DNA of 64,000 nt from Tubulanus polymorphus (Eukaryota > Animalia > Nemertea). The notes beneath the pieces were generated by a model that was not told the DNA's origin, did not search any database, and saw nothing but the letters and a program-made list of their open reading frames with translations. The stretch spans positions 12,822,275-12,886,274 of the forward strand of contig NC_134032.1 of assembly GCF_964204645.1 (NCBI RefSeq), given 5' to 3'. Of this stretch, positions 24,386-35,889 are shown in pieces. Both the position numbers and the translations under genes were made by a program. Numbering within the stretch: the first letter of the stretch is position 1; each line of letters starts with the position of its first letter.

Positions 24386-27300
24386 ATGGACGTTGCCGGC
24401 CCAATCGATGATATGTACAAGACGCTCAAGGGCGCAAATTCGAAATCTTTGTTGGCTAAGTACTTGAAGGACGATGTATTTGCTAAGCTGAAGGACAAGA
24501 AAACAAAGCTCGGTGGTACATTGGCTCAATGCATCAACTCTGGTGAGTAATTTCACTACTATTATCTCAGCTACTTTGATCGTCTGAAATAAAATGAGGA
24601 CAAGTCGGTCCTTATTTAACTCTCACTGCTTGTTTGATAATCCTTTGAAGACTGGAGCTTTTATTTATATTGTATAGTGCCAATTCCTACGAAAAATATA
24701 ACGGTGGAATTCTCATTTGATTCTAAAATACTTTTAACTTTTACGTTTAAAATATCTAAAGTTACTGGAATTTTCGTTAAGTCAACATGAGGCGCTTAAC
24801 TGTGTAGCACCACCCATATCTACCAGATGGCGAGTGTGATTTTAACATATATTCAAAAGTGAGAGACAGCGACAGTTGAACAACTGTCAGTTCGGCGAAA
24901 TTCTAATAGACGGCGTACATATCAAGTCGCCGATCTGTCCATATCACTCGTTTGAACCTGCTATCTATCATCCAGCATCAGAAACACTCGGAATCAGTAT
25001 CAATTTCAACTGATCCGAAAACTTCGGAACTGGTAGTTCTGACAGTAACGGGAAAATTCCTGGGAATTGCGATGATATTTCCCGGTTTGATTTGAGAATG
25101 CGATATAAGTTTTCCTCAATAATTCGGGAAATATTTGAGAAATTTAGCATAGCGTATGCCCATTGCTTGCGAGTGCAACTTTCTTCAGCAATTTATCCTG
25201 CAAATTACCTTTATCAACCAGAAAGTAACAAAATAAAAATGGTGACGCTCCTGTTGTTTGATAGAATATATTCTTTAATTTTACGAAGGCTTCATTTCCA
25301 TTTGGGCAAAAAATCAAACATGAAATGTATTTGAGAAAACTTGAGACTTTTTTCGAATTCATGTATATAACTGTGGGACCAAAGAATCTCGATTAGTTTG
25401 GAATGAATTTATTATTCGCAGGTGTCGAACAATTGGACAGCGGTACCGGTATCTACGTTTGCGACCCCGAGGGCTACGAGGTGTTCAAGGATCTGCTCGA
25501 TCCCGTAGTTAAGGACTACCACAAATTCCCGATGGACAAAGAAATCAAGCATCCATCCCCCGACTTCGGAGATATTGAAAATTTGCCGTTCGGAAACGTC
25601 GATCCAGAAGGCAAATACGTCGTCTCGACGAGAGTTCGTGTTGGCCGCAGCGCGGAAGGATTCGCCTTCCCACCACTCATCAGCAGAGAAGTATGTTTCA
25701 CTTATTTCTAGATAAAACGTCTCTACAACTTTTTGGAATATCTAGCTATAGCCTAAGTTTTTGTCCTTCTGTCTGGGTTATGATGCTTGGGGTTGTTGCT
25801 CATAAAGTTAGTTAAAGATTACCGGCGGATAAATACCTTATAGTAACTATTGTCACAATAGTCAACTATATCCACTGGTTTCTTTTAACTCTCTCGTTAA
25901 AACTACTTTTGAGCAAACTGGCCCTTTGGTTAGAATGTACAGGGGTGATCCAAGATCTTCAATGGGGTCTCTGATCATTCAGTTGAGCTGTTCCGTTCGT
26001 CGTGAGTATTGTACAGGGGACTGGCTGTGGTTGTCGGTTCCTGCTCCAGAAAAGGGAATTTGCTAAAAAGAAATAGGGATTCATCCCGCTTAAAATTTTG
26101 ATTGATATATTTCAATTTTATTTGAATTTTGTATTCCTTGCAAACCCGCCACACTGGCCGGGATAGAAACTGGACCCGGTTCCACAGTTGTGAGTTAGGA
26201 TTTGACTCGAGAAAATTAACTGATCTTAACTCACAACACTGTGGAACCGGGTCCAGTTTCGTTCCCGACTGGATCCATGGGGTTCAATTTCAAAATCGGA
26301 AATCGGGTTAGTCAAGTCGCATGATCGATTGTTTATATTTTAATTTCAGGGACGAAAGGAAATCGAATCGAAAATCGTGAACGCATTCAAGAAATTGGGA
26401 AGCGATCAAGAATACGCAGGAAAGTACTATTCGCTGGAAACGATGAGCGAAGATGACAGAAAGAAACTCGTCGACGATCATTTCTTATTCAACGATTCGG
26501 ATAGGTAAACATACAGTCTGTTTCTGTCGGAAACGTGGGCATTTATAGTTCTCTATCATAATTATGAACATTGTTTAATTGCAGGTTCGCTAGATCAGCC
26601 GGCGTTTACAGAAATTGGCCCGAGGGTCGCGGTATTTACTGCAACAACTCCAAAACGTTTTTGGTGTGGGTAAACGAGGAAGATCACTACCGTATTATTT
26701 CAATGCAGCAAGGAGGTGATCTCGCCGCTGTTTTCAAGAGATTAGTCAAGGTCAGTTGGTGAATATTGAACGATATCTCAATATTTATAGCGCTTTAACA
26801 CTTTTCTGAAGCCCATACGTGTAATTATCGTCATCACCAGGGCCCAGTTTCACAAAAAATGTTTTACTCACATTTTTGGCGTCGTTGCTTATGGTTACTT
26901 CATATTTTCAATGAGGACAACAATTCAAACTTAACCGTTTTTGGGTTAAACTTTTTCGTGAAACTGGGCCCTGGCTCCAGTTCCACAGTTCCGAGTTAAG
27001 ATTTGAAATTAAAAATGAGTTAACTTTATCTCAAGAGTTATAACTCTAACTCATAACTGTGGAACTGGGTTTTGGGGTTGGTTTCATGAAAAAGTTTAAG
27101 CTTAAATCAGTAAAGGTTGAATTGTTGCCGTCATTGAAAACATTAAGTAACCACTGGCAATTACACCAAAAATTCTAGTTCAAACTTTTTCGTGAAACTG
27201 AACCCTGTAGTGTTTAATCACCATTAATAAAACATTTAATCCCCGTCCTGACGAGAATACAAATTGGGAACATTTTCTGAATTGATATTAATTTTTCGTT

Positions 27301-27901
27301 ATCATTGCGTGGGATTCTCGTTGTTTTTTCTTCGATACGGAATAAGTTAAACTGTAAGACTTACAATTTTGCTCTATTTCGTTTCACAATGTAGGGCATC
27401 AAAACGATCGAAAGTGAGGTACCTTTCGCGCACAGCGACCGCCTCGGCTACGTGACCTTCTGTCCGACGAACCTGGGTACAACTCTCAGGGCGAGCGTAC
27501 ACGTCAAAGTGCCTAAACTTGCCGCCGATACTGAATTATTCCATGGAATCTGTGACCAGTACAAACTCCAACCAAGAGGTACGTCGCATTTCACCCCCTG
27601 CCCCCCGCTAGATACGGATCTGGAAATCGTTCTTTTGTGAAATTTGGCCAGAAACTGATAGAATCGCTCTCATAAGGATACTCGGGTCTGGACACATTCA
27701 CGCGTTGATCAAATGAAACATATTTAACTAAATTCCATTGACGATTTTGTTTTTGCAGGTATCCACGGTGAACATACCGAGAGCGTGGGAGGTGTCTACG
27801 ATATCAGTAACAAACGCAGATTGGGTATCTCGGAGATCCAGGCTGTTTCGGAAATGGCTGAAGGTGTCAAAGCCATCATCGCCAAAGAGAAATCTTTGTA
27901 A
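24386..27901 (+). CDS. Single-domain arginine kinase, 357 aa
   Basis: Exons 24386-24542, 25422-25690, 26350-26504, 26585-26750, 27395-27578 and 27759-27901 (TAA). It has the same five intron positions as each domain of the upstream gene, the AK signature LDSGTGIY and FLFNDSDRF, plus NEEDH and [14 protein letters not shown] at ~28164. Confidence 0.92.
25789..25925. mobile_element. MITE-like element in AK intron 2
   Basis: Imperfect terminal inverted repeats ggggttgttgctcataaagttagtt / aactacttttgagcaaactggccc. Confidence 0.5.
26166..26260. mobile_element. MITE (family B) in AK intron 2
   Basis: Perfect 22-bp inverted repeat gaaactggacccggttccacag / ctgtggaaccgggtccagtttc. Related copies lie at ~26971-27069 and ~28409-28531. 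Confidence 0.7.
26837..27207. mobile_element. Compound of three abutting MITEs (A, B, inverted A) in AK intron 4
   Basis: A at 26837-26974 (ccagggcccagtttcac / gtgaaactgggccctgg), B at ~26971-27069, and A' at ~27074-27207 whose internal sequence is reverse-complementary to A. Confidence 0.65.
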
Positions 27902-28279
27902 ACATAAATCTGTGACGAACGCATTTTTCCTTTAAAAATCCGCCAATTATTTTAGTTTAAGTTGTTTTTAATTATATTTGCGTGTGTTTTTTGTGTTCTC
28001 GAAAATTTATATCTAATTTATTCGCTCCAATATCAACCTGCCATTTCTAGTCTCATGAAGCCCTCGGACAATGAAGTCTTTGTATTATTAATACAGTACT
28101 ACTAGTATTTACGTACCTCGATCGTTATTTGTTAAAAAGCGTACAACGATTTAACTGTGTTGAAATAAAATAAAAAAAAGATTGTTGAGTATTAAGTAAG
28201 ATTTGTAGCGTTCGCTTTAACGGTTTTCGAGGCGTCTGAGACTGACGACGAATCGACATGCACGGTAGTGGAAATTCAT

Positions 28280-28558
28280 AGTACCTCGCCTAACTCGGAC
28301 GAATTGAAGCTGACAAAATCGGTCCGAGGTAGACGAAGTTTCGAGTAAGGATAGGAAAATACAGAAGTCTGAAAAATGATTTCATTTTTGTGCGAGTTAG
28401 TTAAAAGTCTGGGCCCGGTTACACAGTTGCGAGTTGGAGTTGACTCACGAGTTAAAGTCAGTTCATTTTCGATGTTTTAAAAAAAGAGTCAAATTTAACT
28501 TTAAAGAGTCAAGAACTGTGGAACTGGATCCTGAGTTGTCCCAGTAAGGCGAGGTATT
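28280..28558. mobile_element. MITE-like element with a nested family-B MITE
   Basis: Outer inverted repeat tacctcgcctaactcggac / gtcccagtaaggcgaggta; inner ccggttacacagtt...aactgtggaactgg at ~28409-28531. Confidence 0.55.
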
Positions 28559-29499
28559 ACTGTAAATACTCCAGCGCCCTTCAATATTAGCGAGTATTCA
28601 TTGAAGTGACCTGATTTGTTGTATAAGTGAGTCGGAGAACGCTGACGTCGTGACCGAATAGCATTGTTAGGATTCGAAGCATGAGTTTACCTTTTCCACC
28701 AAGCCGCGAAGATGACGACACAGTCCTTCTTGACGATTCGTTTCTCTTAAGTTCTTAGGAAAACTATTTCTATTCGTGGTGAAATGGTGTGTTTCAATAC
28801 GAGAAAAAACTTAGTTAACAAATAAAAACCCACGGTTAGATATGTAGACGTGTAGACGTAGAAAACTTTTTCGGTGTTACTTCTAAACCCCATCATCAGA
28901 TAAACCGAAAAATGGAATTTTAGTATCTACTGCGAATTTTTATTTGTTACCTCGACACTGAGATTAATATCGGTTCACTATTGTCATAAAAAAATTAATG
29001 ATTTTTGCGCAAAAAGGTTTGAAGCCTGTTTGTTCGATGGCTAGTGACGTCAAAAGTTCCAAGCAGTTCGAATGCCGTAACAATAAATAATGGAAATCCC
29101 TAAATACTTCTACAGTCCTTGACCCAGTCCCACTGTCTCAGACCCAGTAACTATGTTTTTGGACCCCCCTCAAATTCTGGACCCACACTTTGGATTCAAT
29201 TCAGACTTTTGTGGACCTAATTCCACTTTTCTGGATCCAGCTCCGTATAGTAGTTACATAAAGATGATTTTCTTTGAAGTGCTTGGAAGATTTATTTTCA
29301 AAGCGAGTTCTCTATATGCTGGGTGTATAGAGAAGCCTCCGCGTTCGTGGTTAATCGAGTGGAACATTCAGCTGAATTCAGACCCGAATATAACGGTAAA
29401 GAGAATCGTGCGCCTGCCGATTGGTCAAAACTGAAATGCGCCACCGATCTGAATAGAATCGGCGGCGGTCATTCAGCACATACCTCTTGAACGAAGCGG

Positions 29500-31030
29500 A
29501 CAAGGCTAGGATATTACCGGCGTTTTACAACGTGTGCTCCTGCATTCTTCCCGGCGTCCGAAGAAAAACGTCTTAAAGATGTTACTGTCCGTCTCTCGTG
29601 CTACCCGAGTCAGCTCCTGTGTGTGGTTTTGGTCCACTATCGGATATTTTCACAAAGCACGAGCCTATACGATTATAATAAGCTCACCACCAACTATCAG
29701 GTAAGGCCTGTTCTGTGGTTCAATTACTCTTTTTAAGCGTTCAATACGTTATTTTATCAGCACCTATTTATCTCTCGAATTTCAGTGTTTTGTCAAACAT
29801 GTCCGAATTAGGACGACGAAAAAGAGATGGGCGAATCCAGCTGCCACTGAGACGGAAACGATTACTGACGACAGCCCGCGAATGGGACCGGGACCGTGTT
29901 TCAGACGTGTCGCCGCTGCCGGTTCCGTTGCCGGGTCCGAGGCTGGTGCCGTGTTTACCCTACACCCGCGAAGGCTCCACAGATTCAACATAGAAATTCC
30001 TAGCCGATACTGAACCCAGCAATCTTGACAGGTAAGTTTAGTTTGTTTTTGGAAATTATGATTTTATTCTATATGAAATATTGTGTGAAGTGTGATTATA
30101 GGAGGATATCTTCTTTTATTCATTTCAGCTAAACTTAATCTCGAAAGGACCAGCTTGAGAGTAGAGTCGTCTACTACTACTACCACGACCACGAGTCCAA
30201 CTTGAATAACTCATTAACCACCGCATAAAGAGATACTGAACCCAGCAATCTTGACAGGTAAGTTGAGTTTAATGGAAATTATTAGGATTTTATTGGATAT
30301 GAAATATTGTGTGATTACAGGATATCCTCTTTAATTCGTTTCAGCTAAATGTAATCTATTAGAATGAACCCAGTCCCAGCTGAGATAAATGAGTCATCTA
30401 AAACCTACCAATACCTACCAATTAGGACAGCCCACAGAAATTTCCAGCTGGAATTAGACTCATCAACCAACTTAGAAAATCTGAGGCAGAACTGAAACCA
30501 GCAATCTTGAAAGGTAAGTTGATATACATTAAAATCATTATGATTAATGCTTTATGAAATATTCTGTGACTACGATATCTTCTTTTAACCCATCTCAGCT
30601 AAATGTCATCTATAACGAAAGACCCCAGCTAGAAATCAACGAGTCACCTAAAATCTACCGATGAGATCATCACAAAAGAGTCCAGCTAGAAATCAACGAG
30701 TCATCTAAAATCTACCAATGAGATCATCCAGCAAAAGAGTCCAGCTAGAAATCAACGAGTCATCTAAAAACAACTAAGAAGATTCAAGCAGATATTGAAC
30801 CCAGCAATCTCGAAAGGTAAGTTGATATACATTGGAATCGTTGTGATTTTATTCTAAATGAATTATTGTGTGATTACAGGATATCTTCTTTTATTTATTT
30901 CAGCTATAAGAAAGAGCCCAGCTTGAGATCAACTAGTCATCTAGAACCTACCAGCTTCATTAAACTCGTCGTCAACCAACTAACACAAGTCCAGACGAAA
31001 CTTAACATAGCAGTTTTGATATAAAGCTAA
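29500..31030 (+). ncRNA. Putative spliced long non-coding (or micropeptide) gene; seed copy of the downstream satellite
   Basis: Strong consecutive splice signals define introns 29701-29785, 30032-30128, 30258-30344, 30514-30598 and 30817-30903; the last four are homologous. Exons end in cccagcaatctYgaMag and contain a few diverged satellite monomers. No long ORF. The outer boundaries are approximate. Confidence 0.45.
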
Positions 31031-34000
31031 GTTGGTTTTTCATTTTTCTCATCGTAGCACGTAGAGCTGCTGGAGAGGTTGGAGGTGCTGTCCGCATTAA
31101 CATCTGATTTACTAACTGATCGAAGCTTTCTGGTCATGCAGTAGTGAATTGAAATTATAGCAACATCTTAGATATCTACAATATTAGACAAGTTCAATCT
31201 TCTCGTGAGGTCCCATATGAATATTGTTGGCTGATAATTAGAATAACGATAGGTCAGTTATGAATTAAGAGATCGTATCGAGAGAAGATATCGTATGTGA
31301 CATCTGAAATTTATCTCATGTCCGTTATTTCAGGCCTCATATGAATCAATATTGCCTAACTGACAATTTATCTTACGAATGAAACTCTCCATGTATGAAA
31401 CAATTAAACCGTGTGTAAAACATAACAATTTTAACAGATTATCTTGTGTGTATTGTAAAACAGGGAGAGCGTTTGTCTCCCTTTCATTTATTCAATCTGT
31501 TCATCAGTGATGTATAAAAAGTAATATTCTATAATCATATATATATGTATTCGAAAATTAAAAAAAAAATCTTGAATAAAAATTGTGATGGTTTGGGATA
31601 CCGGCAATGCTGCAGTGGTGAGCGAGGATTCTGCCATGATCGCTAGTGTCACTGGGTAACCGCGCTTCAATTTCCTTCTGCATTTCAATTAAATTAGAAT
31701 CGACTTTTTTCATTATATCAAATCAATGAAATTTATAGCATACACTGGTTAAGAGAGCGAAATCTTATATGTATATCGCATGACTGGTTTGATAGTTTTC
31801 GGACTTGGAAGCCTAAAAGTCTAGTTAGTTCAAATTTTATTGAAAATGGACTGATTTCCCTATGAAAATAAGATATAAATTAATTCTCCTGACTATTAAT
31901 GTTAGAATAAAGAGGTCTAAAAATATCATACATAGCAAAACATAATACAGAAAAGATAGAAAATGATACAGGCTTTGATAACCCAGTGTTCAGTTGCGCC
32001 ATCTGGTTTGTGCCGCTATCCCATTGACCTATAGGTACATTCAAACTCTTGTAATCGTTATACGCTGATGATACTGTTATACTCGCCGAGACACCAGACT
32101 GACTTCAATATGCCCTTGATAATATTTTAAACCACTGTCACGTGATGCATATTTGAATTGATTATGCAAAGACAAAGATTGTCATCTTTAGAAGAGCATA
32201 TAATTAATGTAAATAATGTCGTCTGAAAGTTCGATCGGCAAGTAATAGATAGTGCAAATCGCTTTACATAATTGGGTATTGAAATTAATTTCAACGCAAA
32301 CCATAATATATCAACCATCAATCTGGTGGCTCGGGGTGAATCAGCATACCATATTTTTATAAAATACCTCCTGCAATATCCAAGAATTATGTCATTAAAT
32401 TCTTTAAAAGCCTTTCACTTATGGCTGTCAAATATGGGCTTTCAAGGAACCAAAACAGAAAATTGGAGACAGTTCCTCTCGAATGGACAAATTTCTTTTG
32501 GAAATTCAACGTGTGATGATTTTGTATTGAAATTATAGTGAAATTGTTAATAAACCAATCAATTAGATGTTAACAATCCTTCAAGATCTTTAAAAGCTTA
32601 TAATGATAGATCTGGAATTCCTCATATACACGCAGGCTTGCTTTACTTATAATATAAAGATGACACTATTATGAACTAAAATATGTTAAAATATCATTCA
32701 TCAATAAAACTTCATCGTCAGTTAATAAATATTTGATGCATTTATAAAGATTGAGGCAATACATTGCAGTACGTACTGTGTGCTGCCTTAGCTGTTAGGA
32801 ATTTCTCGGTGGAAAGATACATAAGAGATATTGTCTATGGTTTTATCAATAGATCTTGGGCCAGGGCGTGATATGATAGCAGGAAAGACTACAGTCATTG
32901 TTCTAGGGATTTTAGAAATTGTGAATCGGTCTCAATGCTTTGACGAAACCAGTAATATTCCAAAGCTTTAATGGATTCTTCAATTCCTTCGTGAGAGCCA
33001 TATTATGCTTGTGTGTCTTGTTCGGGTGACACATAATAATATTTTTATCAAAGTGAAAAAGTTTTAATCAGTTTGAATATATATATCATTTCTCCAAGCT
33101 TACAGGATGCCCATACAACTGGTCGCATTCTTATAAATTGCCGAAATTCACCAATAACCTAACTGATTCCCGACAGCCATACTGTGCGTTGTGTATGGGT
33201 GACGTATGATTGAAATATAACTTGGAAAAATTATTAATTAACGGGATTGTTTAGATATTTACAATTAAGGTAGATTCAAAATCGTATGTGCTGTGAGATC
33301 TGAAATTAATTTTCGTAGGTTTGTAGGTAGTGCGTGTTATCTTGCGCACACTGGATGTGCGCATGTACACACACTAAAGAAAAGTGGTTATAAGTGGGAG
33401 CTTGTGGGGAAGTAAGATCAGCGATTAGTTACTATTATTTGATTGACTTGTAGCTCTGATTTGTATTTTGTATCCTAAAGCATCAATTGAATTGAATATA
33501 AAGATATTAAGACCTATATGGGAAGGTTATATCAGGTCAGGAAGGGAATAGAAGAAGATAGAACTAGGAAGAACAGGACAGAGAACAAAAAGAATGAGAG
33601 AGGATCTAATCGAAGGTTCAGTGAAAACAAATAAGAAAAATTAAACTTGATAACAGAAAGAAGTGTTGGTGTCAGCTGTATAGCTTGCGGGAGATCATGG
33701 AAAATTAAGGGAACGAAGCAGATTGAGGAGAGAATAGGAAACAAGGTGTCAGAAACAGAAGATCTGACTCTAAAACATTGGTGGAGCTTAGCATAGCAGA
33801 TCCATATAAATATCCTTACACTGAAATTAAAACATATAGCTAATATATGTATATTTGAGCACATCTATTTGTATCTAAGTGAATCCTTTCGCATCGATTA
33901 GTATTTACACTAATTTCCAAACTAATTTAAGGCAGATTTACTTCCGATCCTATCAAGATCGACAAATCTGTGTACATGCAATCCTGAATTTGCATGGGGG

Positions 34001-35889
34001 AATATTCCAATTTCATTGTGTATTTCAGATTGAGAGATTTGCTTTGACGGGATGTCCTTACTTAGGTCTTATTCCTCTTGCTAATAAATCTCCTACTAAC
34101 CCCTCCTTCAAAACTACTGTAGCATCACGTCTCGCACTAGGGAGGTCCAGCCAAAACAAGTTTTTCAGTCCTTATACACAGTGTACTTAATATAAATGGG
34201 AAATGAGGGAATTTCTTAGGCAATTTCTAATTAACCACTTGAATGTTTATTTATCTAAAACACTGATGTGATGATGGATTCAAATAGAGATACATTTAAT
34301 CTTCTACCATCTCAATTAATGTATTTACCTTAAGATTTGATACAAAATTAGAAGTTAAAATAATAATGAATTCAGAAAAACTTGTACCACCGGATCTGAA
34401 ATTCCTCCTGTTTGGATATCTCACCCCTCCCTCCCATATAGATATTGTGTGTCTGGCAATCGAAATATAGCTAAGACGATTAAAAATCAACCGATTACTT
34501 GGAAGTTAATGATGAAGAATAATCAACTATCTACAAACAAGCTTCATATTGAGAAAAAGGCAACGAGACTTGGCACCCGAGGATTTTTCAACTGGGAATG
34601 TGAACTTATTGTGAATGGGAAGAAATATGACGCACATGAACCCTTCAACAGCTGTGATGAGTAATGAATACAAATATCTTCATGTAAAAGTTGAGGAGTT
34701 TAGGGGAGTGTAAACTGTAAAATGTAGGATCGTCTAATACCGAATACCACGCCTATAGTGGTGTGAGGAATCAGTTAGGTTTTGGGAATTCTGGATTTTT
34801 CAAGCTCGGATGCATAGTTGAATGTTGAAATAGCGATGAATTCAAACTTGTCCAAGATCTGAAATTCTTCCTTAGAAGTGATTTCAACTCCTATATAAAT
34901 AAATCTTTCATAAATGATAATTCAATTAAAGCTAGGGCAATTATTATTTAATCAATTACTCAGATATCTACCATGATGACTGGTATAATATCTTCATATA
35001 GAATAAAATCTAAACCAGTTGATAAAACAACTGTATAATTTGTAATTTTGGTTGACAATAAAAGAATGCAGGGTGCATTTAACTTGGCCTCTTGTGCGAA
35101 GAATTTATTGAATCTGTTAGGTTTATAGGGAATTCTGGAATCGTCAAGGTGTGGGAATGATTCATGGTTTCTTAAATGCGTAGAACCACGTTTAGAATGA
35201 TCAGTGTGCTCAATCAGATCACTCTTTGAGATAACGTTGAGCCTTATATTATCATGATTAGAAGATTGAAATTGTATTAAGAACAATATTTAGAATTGCT
35301 GAAGAGGGTCGGAAAGCAATTCACGGGGTGCAAATATTCAAGTGTAAGGGTAGAAAACATATCTGGGTAAATTTCTTATAGTTATGAAAAGACTCGTGCA
35401 GAATTTATTTATAAACTGACGATGAAGTTAATTTGATAATATGATAATTGTTAAGCTGAAAATTAAAAAGGTAGATAGGGCAAATACTAGTAGGTTCATA
35501 GTATCAGGATTTTCTTGTATTGAAATTGTAGGTCTCATATTAATATTATTTAATGATTGACTATTATTACAATCTATGTACCGGTCCACATTGATAATCT
35601 TGTATATATTCGGCACCTTATTTTATAGTCACTAGTCTTAAACTGTGATTAACTCAATTTGCATCTATTATAAATAACTATTGGGGTCAAAACTTTATGT
35701 CCGAAATGCCAGAACACCAAGGAGAGATGCTGCAAATTCAACCACCACAGTCGGAAATGATCTGACGACAGACATCCCACCAATGCAAGAACACTAAGCG
35801 GAGATGCTGCAGATTCAACTGCCACCGAGACTGAAACAGATGACCTGATGACAGCCCACGAAGACACAACAACATTGAATTAAACTTTA

